NCBI RefSeq assembly: GCF_042797905.1
Contig: NZ_JBHVKW010000012.1
Coordinates: 50,374-82,373, forward strand
Length of the DNA stretch: 32,000 nucleotides
Direction: 5' to 3'
Source of the DNA: Amycolatopsis sp. NPDC057786
Lineage (GTDB): Bacteria; Actinomycetota; Actinomycetes; Mycobacteriales; Pseudonocardiaceae
Positions 8,706-15,712 of this stretch are shown piece by piece. Under the pieces are notes generated by a model that was not told the origin of the DNA, did not search any database, and saw only the letters and a list, made by a program, of their open reading frames with translations. Within the stretch, counting starts at the first letter, position 1; the number at the start of each line of letters is the position of its first letter. The translations under genes and the position numbers were made by a program.

Positions 8706-10679
8706 ATGACCACCTACTTCGTGACGGGCGCGACGGGCTTTCTGGGAAAACGCCTGGTCGCACGCCTACTACGGCGACCTGAGACCGTAGCCGTCCACGT
8801 TCTCGTGAGGGAGACCTCACGCGGGAAGCTCCCGAGCCACGAGAAGCTCGTTCCCGTCACCGGCGATCTGACCGAACCCCTGCTGGGCATCGATCCCGCC
8901 CAGCTGGCGCCCCTTGACCACGTCGTGCATCTCGGCGCGATCTACGACCTCACCGCGGACGAAGCGGCGAACCGCGCGGCCAACGTCGACGGCACCCGCA
9001 ACGTCCTGGAGTTCGCCGCCGCGGCGAAGGCCGGGCTCTTCCACCACGTCTCGTCGATCGCGGTCGCCGGGAAGTACGCCGGGCCGTTCACCGAGGCCGA
9101 CTTCGACCTCGGCCAGAGCTTCGCGTCGCCGTACCACGCGACGAAGTTCGAGGCGGAGAAACTCGTGCGAGAGCACGGGAAAACGCCGTTCCGCGTGTAC
9201 CGGCCGTCCGCCGTGGCCGGTGATTCGCGTACCGGCGAGATGGACAAGATCGACGGCCCGTACTACTTCCTCCCAGCCATTTCGCGGCTCGCCGCGTTGC
9301 CGCGCCGCCTCCCTCTCGCCGCCCCGGATCTCGGCGCCACGAACATCGTTCCGGTCGACTACGTCGTCGAAGCGATGGAACACCTCATGCACGTCGACGC
9401 GCCCAGTGGCAGCACTTACCACCTCGCGTCGCCCCGGCCACAGCCGCTTCACGAGGTCTACAACGCCTTCGCACGGGCCGCGGGCGGGCCGAAGATCTCC
9501 GCGGTCCTTCCTCCCGGACCATCCGGAGCGCTGAAGCGAGCCGGAACCCGGCTGGCGAAATCCGCGGCCGCCAGATTCGACCGCGTCCCCGGCGGCCGTT
9601 CGGCCCGCGCGGCGGTGCTGGCGGAGCTCGGCATCCCACTGGAGGTCCTGCCGCACCTGAGCATGGAGGTCGACTTCGACACGAGCGCGACGACGGCCGC
9701 GCTCGAAGGCAGCGGGATCACCTTGCCGCCGTTGAAGGAGTACGCCGGCCCGCTCTACCGGTACTGGCTGGAGCATCTGGATCCCGACCGCGGCCGCCGC
9801 CGTCCTGGCCCGGAACCCCTCGACGGCCGCAAGGTGCTGATCACCGGTGCGTCCTCGGGCATCGGTCGCGCGTCCGCGCTGGCCGTCGCCGCGAAAGGCG
9901 GCGACGTGATCCTCGTGGCCAGGCGCGCCGACGAACTCGAACAGGTCCGCGAGCAGATCGTCGCGGCGGGCGGGAAGGCGTCGGCGTATCCGTGCGACCT
10001 CACCGACGGCGGTGCCGTCGACGCTCTGGTGAAGGACGTGCTCGCCGCGCACGGCGCCGTCGACATGCTGGTCAACAACGCGGGCCGGTCGATCCGGCGG
10101 TCGCTTTCGCTGTCCACCGAACGGTTCCACGACTTCGAGCGGACGATGGCGATCAACTACTTCGGCCCCGTGCGGCTGACACTGGGCCTGCTGCCGTCGA
10201 TGACCGCGCGCGGATTCGGGCACGTCGTCAACGTGACCACCCAAGGACTGCAAACGGACACCCCGAGGTTTTCCGCTTACCTGGCCTCGAAGGCCGCGCT
10301 GGAGGAGTTCGGGCTGACCGCGGGACGGGAAACGCTTTCCGACGGCGTCACCTTCACCTCGGTCCGGATGCCGCTGGTGCGCACCGACATGATCACGCCG
10401 ACCGGGTCCTATCGCGGTATGCCGTCGAGTTCTCCCGAACGCGCCGCCGAGCTGGTGGTGAAGGCGCTGGAGAAACGACCTGAGATCCTGAACCTGCCCG
10501 AGGGCACGGCCGCCGAACTGGTGACGCTCGTCGCACCTCGGACGGCACGGTTCTTCGCCCACCTCGTCTACCGCGCCATGCCCGAGTCCGCGCCGGAATC
10601 CCGTGGCCTGCCCCGGAAGGCTCCGCTCGCGTCGGTGGCGGGCGCGGTCACCCGGCTGGTCTGGCGCCGCCGTCCCTGA
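8706..10679 (+). CDS. Two-domain fatty acyl-CoA reductase (FcrA/Acr1-like): an N-terminal thioester-reductase-type NAD-binding domain fused to a C-terminal classical SDR
   Basis: The N-terminal domain has VTGATGFLG and YHATK (YxxxK). The C-terminal domain has ITGASSGIG, NNAG and YLASK. The roughly 657-aa architecture matches mycobacterial Rv3391-type and Marinobacter fatty acyl-CoA reductases, from memory. RBS GGAAGGAG lies at 8692-8699. Confidence 0.75.
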   Translation: MTTYFVTGATGFLGKRLVARLLRRPETVAVHVLVRETSRGKLPSHEKLVPVTGDLTEPLLGIDPAQLAPLDHVVHLGAIYDLTADEAANRAANVDGTRNVLEFAAAAKAGLFHHVSSIAVAGKYAGPFTEADFDLGQSFASPYHATKFEAEKLVREHGKTPFRVYRPSAVAGDSRTGEMDKIDGPYYFLPAISRLAALPRRLPLAAPDLGATNIVPVDYVVEAMEHLMHVDAPSGSTYHLASPRPQPLHEVYNAFARAAGGPKISAVLPPGPSGALKRAGTRLAKSAAARFDRVPGGRSARAAVLAELGIPLEVLPHLSMEVDFDTSATTAALEGSGITLPPLKEYAGPLYRYWLEHLDPDRGRRRPGPEPLDGRKVLITGASSGIGRASALAVAAKGGDVILVARRADELEQVREQIVAAGGKASAYPCDLTDGGAVDALVKDVLAAHGAVDMLVNNAGRSIRRSLSLSTERFHDFERTMAINYFGPVRLTLGLLPSMTARGFGHVVNVTTQGLQTDTPRFSAYLASKAALEEFGLTAGRETLSDGVTFTSVRMPLVRTDMITPTGSYRGMPSSSPERAAELVVKALEKRPEILNLPEGTAAELVTLVAPRTARFFAHLVYRAMPESAPESRGLPRKAPLASVAGAVTRLVWRRRP

Positions 10680-10793
10680 GAGCCTGCCGCCGGGGCTCGA
10701 TCGGGGGACGCCCCCGGCCGCTACCATCGGTTTCCGATACGCCGGGGGGTTCGGCGGACACGGGCCGAGGCAGGACGACCGGGAAGGGGCAGT

Positions 10794-12602
10794 GTGGACG
10801 TCGCCAGTCCCCCGCTGCCGACCGGACCGGACGCCGCGGTGGTACGTCCGTCCAGGACAGTGCTGCGCCTTTGCCTGCACGCGACGTGGGTGCTCGCGCT
10901 CGCCGTCGCCACCGAACTCCGGGTGGGACGCTTCGGTTTCCACCCGTCGGACCAGGGTTTCATCCTCGCCCAGGCGTGGCGGGTGCGGCACGGCGAGGTC
11001 CCGCATTCCGACATCATCTCCGCGCGGCCGCTGGGTTCGGCGTACCTGCACATCGTCGATTTCGTGCTGCCGGGACCGCTGTTCTTCGTCTCCAGCGTGC
11101 TCAGCATGCTGGAGATCATCCTGGCGACCATCGCGTTCGCCGTACTGGTCACCCGGCGCCGCGTCCGCGACTGGGGCCCGGGGCTCACCGGGCTGACGGC
11201 GGCCGCCTCGCTGCTGAACCTCAACGCCTTCCCGCTGATGGCCTGGCACACGATCGACGGGATCTTCCTGACCGCCTGCGGCGCCTGGGCACTGGATTCG
11301 GGGCTGCGCAACGGCAAGGCGTGGCCGAGGCGGCTCGGTCTGGTGCTGATGGGCACCGCGGTGTTCGTCAAACAGAGTTTCGCGCCGGTGCCGTTGATCG
11401 CGCTGTGCTGGCTCCTGCTGCACCCGTCGCTGCGGGAGGGCGCGTTCCGCGCCGGGCGCTGGTGGGCCCGGCTGGCCTGGGATCTGCTGGCGCTGGGCGC
11501 TTTTCTGGTGTTCTACTTCGGAATCGTCACCCTCGACGGCGGGCTCGGCGCGATGGCAGAGCAGCTCACCGGCGGTCTGCCCGCGTACGGCGAGCGGCTT
11601 CTCGGGCTGTGGCTCGAAAATCCCGCGTCCCTGCTGCGGCCGCCGGTGCGGGGCTTGACCTTCTTCGTGATCGCCGGGGTGTTCCTGGCCCTGCTCGGGG
11701 TCTTCCGCGACCGTGCGGGCTTCGCCGGGGCGGTCCTCGCGCGGCTGTTTCTCCTGGCGGGTGTGGCGGTGGTGGTCGGCACCGTCGTCGACGGGCACTT
11801 CACCGGCGCGTCTCGCTGGGCGGACGTGCTCTGGTGGATCCTCGGTGTCGCCCTCCTGGTGAACTGGGCGGCGACGCGGCGGTTCCCGCGTATGGGCGCG
11901 CTGGTCTTCGCGACCGGCTTCATGACCAGCCTGTCCTGGGGGAACGACACGCCGACGCTGTTCACCGGAACGCTGGCGCTGACGGCGATCCTGCTGCTCG
12001 CGGAAGCGCTGCCACCGCTGCCCGAGCCGTCCCGCCGGTCGAGGCTGGCGGGCGCCACCGCGATGGGCCTGGTCGCGGTGCTGGCGTCGGGCTGGGCCGT
12101 GGTCGCGCACCACGACGAGGCCGCGTACCTCGACATGGCTCACGAGAAGCTGACGGGCGACCTCGGCAAGGTGACGCCGTCGATGCGCGGGATCCGGACG
12201 AATCCGGGCACCTTCACCTACATCTCGCAGATCCAGGACTGTGTCACGCGCTTCCCCGCGGGGCGCACGGCCGTCCTGCCGGACAACCCGTTCGCCTATC
12301 CCGCCTTCGGCCTGCGCAACCCGTTCCCGCTGGAATGGCCGCTGCCGCTGGAGATCGTCGCCGACGCTCCGGAGCGCATGCTCGCGACGGCCGACCTCCT
12401 CAACCGCGAAGGCGACTACCTGGTGCTGTTCCAGACCGTGAGCATGCCCGCGCTGGCCAAGGGCGGGCCGGTGCCCGCCGAGGTCGCCGGGGACGCGCCG
12501 ATCTTCGACTACCTCGGGCTGGAGAACGCGCTGCGCTCGCGGCTCACCGGGCAGACCGTCACCTGCGGCAGCTTCATCGGCAAGTGGGCGCGGCGCCCCT
12601 GA
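10794..12602 (+). CDS. Polytopic integral membrane protein, GT-C-like (ArnT/PMT_2-type) putative glycosyltransferase with a C-terminal extracytoplasmic domain
   Basis: About 11-13 hydrophobic segments are followed by a roughly 170-aa soluble tail. The first loop, FHPSDQGFILAQAWRVRHGEVPHSDIISARPLGSAYL, resembles the Asp-containing first-loop motif of GT39/ArnT-like enzymes. This is by-eye similarity only. The GTG start is preceded by GGAAGGGG. Confidence 0.5.
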   Translation: MDVASPPLPTGPDAAVVRPSRTVLRLCLHATWVLALAVATELRVGRFGFHPSDQGFILAQAWRVRHGEVPHSDIISARPLGSAYLHIVDFVLPGPLFFVSSVLSMLEIILATIAFAVLVTRRRVRDWGPGLTGLTAAASLLNLNAFPLMAWHTIDGIFLTACGAWALDSGLRNGKAWPRRLGLVLMGTAVFVKQSFAPVPLIALCWLLLHPSLREGAFRAGRWWARLAWDLLALGAFLVFYFGIVTLDGGLGAMAEQLTGGLPAYGERLLGLWLENPASLLRPPVRGLTFFVIAGVFLALLGVFRDRAGFAGAVLARLFLLAGVAVVVGTVVDGHFTGASRWADVLWWILGVALLVNWAATRRFPRMGALVFATGFMTSLSWGNDTPTLFTGTLALTAILLLAEALPPLPEPSRRSRLAGATAMGLVAVLASGWAVVAHHDEAAYLDMAHEKLTGDLGKVTPSMRGIRTNPGTFTYISQIQDCVTRFPAGRTAVLPDNPFAYPAFGLRNPFPLEWPLPLEIVADAPERMLATADLLNREGDYLVLFQTVSMPALAKGGPVPAEVAGDAPIFDYLGLENALRSRLTGQTVTCGSFIGKWARRP

Positions 12603-12625
12603 CGCGTTTGGTCCTCTGAACGCGG
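12603..12625. repeat. Single-arm copy of the GTCCTCT-loop hairpin family, between convergent genes
   Basis: CGCGTTtggtcctctgAACGCGg has a 6-bp stem and a 10-nt loop. It starts directly after the TGA at 12600-12602 and ends 3 nt before the MocR stop (12629-12631). Confidence 0.65.
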
Positions 12626-12628
12626 GGG

Positions 12629-13945
12629 TCAGTCGACGCCGGCGTCCTCGGGACGACCGGAAGCGAGTCCGGCGAGGACGTCCAAAGCGGCCCCGAGCGT
12701 CTCGAGCGGCGGCGACGAGACGGCGAGGCGGATCGCGTTCGGCGCGTGGCCGGGGACGACGGCGAACGCGGCCGCCGGGGTGACCGCGATCCCGCGTCGC
12801 GCGGCCGCGGCGACGAAGGTTTCGGCGCGCCAGTGTTCGGGGAGTTCCCACCAGCAGTGGTACGCCCGCGGATCGGCGCGCAGGGTGAACCCGGCCAGCC
12901 GCGCCGCCGTCACCCGCTGGCGTTCCGCGGCGTCGAGCCGCTTCGCCCGCTCGACGGTTTCCAGTGTCCCGCCGGTGATCCACCGGGTGGCGGCTTCGAC
13001 GGCGAACCGGGGCGCGACCCAGCCGCCCGAGCGCACGGACGCGGCCAGCCGTTCCCTCCATTCCGCCGGGACGGCGAGGAAGCCGGTGGTCAGCCCCGGG
13101 GCGAGCCGTTTGGACATGCTGTCGGTGAACACCGTGCGTTCCGGCGCGTACGCCGCGAACGGACGGACCTCGGGCCGGAGGAAGGTGTAGATACCGTCCT
13201 CGATCACCGGGATGTCCATCCGGCGCACGGTTTCGGCCAGCTCGACGCGCCGCGCTTCGTCCATTGTGGACCCAAGTGGGTTGTGCAGCGTCGGCTGGAC
13301 GTACAGCGCGCGGACGGACGCGGCTTCGAGTGCCTCGGGAATGAGCCCCATGTCGTCGGTCTCGATGGGCACCAGCTGGACACCGAGCCGTCCGGCGAGC
13401 GCCTTGACCACGGGGTACGTGATGGCTTCGACGGCGAGACGTTCTCCCATCGGCACGAAGGCGGCGATGGCGGCCGCGATGGCCTGGCGGCCGCTTCCGG
13501 CGAAGAGGATCTCCGGCGTCCAGCCGTCCTTCGCGAGCAGCCCGGCGACAGCGTCACGCGCCTGCTTCGAGCCGGAGACGCTTCCCGGCCGCAGCGCCGC
13601 CGTCAGGACGTCTTCGCGCAGCAACGGCTCCAGCGCCTTTCCGACCAGCGCCGACTGCTCCGGGAGGACGGCGAAGTTGAGTTCGAGATCGACCGTCGCG
13701 CCACCGGGTTCGGCGAGGGCGGTCTCCAGCGGCGGCCTTCCGGCGCGGACGAACGTGCCCCGGCCGACCTCGCCGACCACGACACCTCTCCGGACGAGTT
13801 CGCCGTAGACCCTGGCGGCGGTCGAGTTCGCGATCCCGCGTTCGCGGGCGAACCGCCGCTGCGGGGGCAGCCGGTCGCCGGGGCGGAGCCGTCCCGCCTC
13901 GACGTCGGCGGAGATCTCGTCCGCGACTATCCGGTAGTCCTCCAT
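12629..13945 (-). CDS. MocR-subfamily GntR transcriptional regulator (wHTH plus PLP-dependent aminotransferase-like domain)
   Basis: The N-terminal wHTH is LPPQRRFARERGIANSTAARVYGELVRRGVV. A fold-type I aminotransferase domain follows, with the candidate PLP lysine in SMSKRLAPG. The ATG at 13945 (MEDYRIV...) is preceded by GAAGGA. Confidence 0.85.
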   Translation of the reverse strand: MEDYRIVADEISADVEAGRLRPGDRLPPQRRFARERGIANSTAARVYGELVRRGVVVGEVGRGTFVRAGRPPLETALAEPGGATVDLELNFAVLPEQSALVGKALEPLLREDVLTAALRPGSVSGSKQARDAVAGLLAKDGWTPEILFAGSGRQAIAAAIAAFVPMGERLAVEAITYPVVKALAGRLGVQLVPIETDDMGLIPEALEAASVRALYVQPTLHNPLGSTMDEARRVELAETVRRMDIPVIEDGIYTFLRPEVRPFAAYAPERTVFTDSMSKRLAPGLTTGFLAVPAEWRERLAASVRSGGWVAPRFAVEAATRWITGGTLETVERAKRLDAAERQRVTAARLAGFTLRADPRAYHCWWELPEHWRAETFVAAAARRGIAVTPAAAFAVVPGHAPNAIRLAVSSPPLETLGAALDVLAGLASGRPEDAGVD

Positions 13946-14055
13946 GATGGTCCTTCGATCGCACCGAGACCGCTCGCGGGATTGCACTGCGGATGATGCC
14001 ATCGACGAGCGTCGTGAGCCGACTGCGACCTACGGAACACCACAACGGCGGACTC

Positions 14056-14074
14056 CTAGGTTAGCCTAACCTGC
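14056..14074. promoter_or_regulatory. IdeR/DtxR-type iron box
   Basis: CTAGGTTAGCCTAACCTGC matches the consensus TTAGGTTAGSCTAACCTAA at 16 of 19 positions, with a perfect 15-bp palindromic core AGGTTAGCCTAACCT. It ends 1 nt before the GTG of the ABC ATPase gene. Its half-sites contain the TANNNT hexamers TAGCCT and TAACCT, which could act as -10 elements. Confidence 0.75.
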
Positions 14075-14902
14075 GTGGAGACCGTGGAAACCCTCACCGA
14101 GCAGAGCACGACGTCCCGCCTGCACGCGGACGCGCTGACGCTCGCCTACGACGGCCGGACCGTGGCCGAAGACCTCGGGGTCGTCATCCCCGACCGGTCG
14201 TTCACCGTCATCGTCGGCCCGAACGCCTGCGGCAAGACGACCCTGCTGCGCGCGCTCGCGCGGATGCTCAAACCCCGCCAGGGTTCGGTGTTCCTCGACG
14301 GACAGGTGATCAGCTCGTTTCCCGCCAAGGAGGTCGCCCGGCGGCTCGGCCTGCTTCCGCAGAGCTCGATCGCGCCCGACGGCATCACCGTCGCGGACCT
14401 CGTCGCGAGGGGCCGGTACCCGCACCAGCGCCTGCTGCGCCAGTGGTCCCGCGAGGACGCCACCGTGGTCGCGGAGTCCATGCGCGCCACCGGGGTCGAC
14501 GACCTCGCCGAGCGGCTGGTCGACGAACTGTCCGGCGGTCAGCGGCAGCGCGTGTGGATGGCGATGGCCCTCGCGCAGGAGACCGATCTCCTGCTGCTCG
14601 ACGAGCCGACGACCTACCTGGACATCGCGCACCAGATGGACATCCTCGACCTGTGCGCGCAGCTGCACCAGGAACAGGGCCGCACGCTGGTCGCGGTGCT
14701 GCACGACCTCAACCACGCCGCCCGCTACGCGACGCACATGATCGCGATGCGCGGCGGAGAGGTCTTGGCGACCGGCTCGCCCGAAGAGGTCGTGACCGCG
14801 GCCAACGTCGAGAAGATCTTCGAGCTGCCCTGCCGGGTCATGCCGTGCCCCGAAACCGGGACCCCGCTGGTGATCCCGAAGGCCGGTCGCCGCGCCGCGT
14901 GA
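14075..14902 (+). CDS. Iron-siderophore (FepC/FecE-type) ABC transporter ATP-binding protein; orphan, with no adjacent permease or binding protein
   Basis: Carries GPNACGKTTLL (Walker A), LSGGQRQRVWMAMAL (signature), LLLLDEPTTYLD (Walker B) and VLHDLN (H-loop). The C-terminal tail is typical of the FepC/FecE/FhuC clade. Start is GTG 14075 or GTG 14084. Confidence 0.85.
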   Translation: METVETLTEQSTTSRLHADALTLAYDGRTVAEDLGVVIPDRSFTVIVGPNACGKTTLLRALARMLKPRQGSVFLDGQVISSFPAKEVARRLGLLPQSSIAPDGITVADLVARGRYPHQRLLRQWSREDATVVAESMRATGVDDLAERLVDELSGGQRQRVWMAMALAQETDLLLLDEPTTYLDIAHQMDILDLCAQLHQEQGRTLVAVLHDLNHAARYATHMIAMRGGEVLATGSPEEVVTAANVEKIFELPCRVMPCPETGTPLVIPKAGRRAA

Positions 14903-14934
14903 TCAACTCGGAGTAGGTTGGCGGCGGAGGTGCC

Positions 14935-15591
14935 ATGTCACAGCAACTGTGGTCCGAAGTGGACGACTACTTGTCCGGGGTGCTCATCCCGTCCGATCCC
15001 GCCCTCGAAGGCGCGCGTGAGGCGTCGGATCGGGCCGGGCTGCCGTCGATCGCCGTCGCGCCGAATCAGGGAAAGCTGCTCAACCTGCTGGCGAGGATGA
15101 TCGGCGCCCGTTCCATCCTGGAGATCGGCACGCTCGGCGGGTACAGCACGATCTGGCTCGCCCGTGCCCTGCCGCCGCAAGGCAGGCTGGTCACCCTCGA
15201 ATTCGACCCGAAGCACGCCGAGGTCGCGCGTGGCAACATCGAAGCGGCCGGGCTCGGCGAGCTGGTCGACGTCCGCGTCGGCAAGGCACTGGACCTGCTG
15301 CCGTCGGTCGAGGGCCCGATCGATCTGGCGTTCATCGACGCCGACAAGGTCAACAACCCGGCCTATTTCGAAGCGTCGCTGAAGCTCGTCCGGCCCGGCG
15401 GCGTGATCGTGGTCGACAACGTCGTCCGCGGTGGCGCGGTGACCGACGCCGCCAGCGAAGACCCGAACGTCCAGGGGATCAGGCGGCTGCACGAGATGAT
15501 CGCCGCCGAACCCCGCGTCGACGCGACGGCGATCCAGACGGTCGGAAGCAAGGGCTACGACGGACTCACCGTCGTGCTCGTGAAGCCCTGA
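14935..15591 (+). CDS. Class I SAM-dependent, cation-dependent O-methyltransferase (caffeoyl-CoA/catechol OMT family)
   Basis: ILEIGTLGGYS is the SAM-binding motif I. FIDADK and VVDNVV are the metal-binding Asp/Asp/Asn positions of the family. RBS GGAGG lies 5 nt upstream of the ATG, and the gene starts 32 nt after the ABC ATPase stop. Confidence 0.85.
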   Translation: MSQQLWSEVDDYLSGVLIPSDPALEGAREASDRAGLPSIAVAPNQGKLLNLLARMIGARSILEIGTLGGYSTIWLARALPPQGRLVTLEFDPKHAEVARGNIEAAGLGELVDVRVGKALDLLPSVEGPIDLAFIDADKVNNPAYFEASLKLVRPGGVIVVDNVVRGGAVTDAASEDPNVQGIRRLHEMIAAEPRVDATAIQTVGSKGYDGLTVVLVKP

Positions 15592-15598
15592 CGACTCC

Positions 15599-15712
15599 CG
15601 CGTGATCAGACGCAGACCTCACGTGATTGAAGGCGTAACTCGGGTGTGCGGTCTCCAATCACGCGAGTTACGTCCCTGATCACGCGAGTTACGCCTTCAA
15701 TCACGCGGGGAT
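15599..15712. repeat. Palindromic array of 21-bp phased tandem repeats (locus A)
   Basis: The octamer ATCACGCG occurs at 15658, 15679 and 15700, exactly 21 bp apart. Its complement CGYGTGAT occurs at 15599 and 15620, also 21 bp apart. Segment 15621-15642 (acgtgattgaaggcgtaactcg) is the near-perfect reverse complement of 15685-15706. The array sits between the OMT stop and the PBP stop. Confidence 0.8.

Noticed and set aside
8338-8820. Minus-strand ORFs of 160 aa and 106 aa opposite the small + ORF
   Set aside because: Both are Arg/Ser/Pro-rich shadow frames. The plus-strand 77-aa frame has better codon bias and an RBS, although it remains only a moderate-confidence call itself.
8817-13061. 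A 1414-aa minus-strand ORF, the longest in the track
   Set aside because: The composition is extremely rich in Arg/Pro/Gly/His and carries no recognisable motifs. It runs antisense across three well-supported plus-strand genes and one minus-strand gene. This is the typical stop-free shadow frame of a high-GC genome.
15599-15712. Could the 21-bp repeats here and at 26892-27019 be a CRISPR array?
   Set aside because: The units are directly tandem with no unique spacers. The unit length (21 bp) is shorter than CRISPR repeats. Half of the units are inverted, and no cas genes are present.
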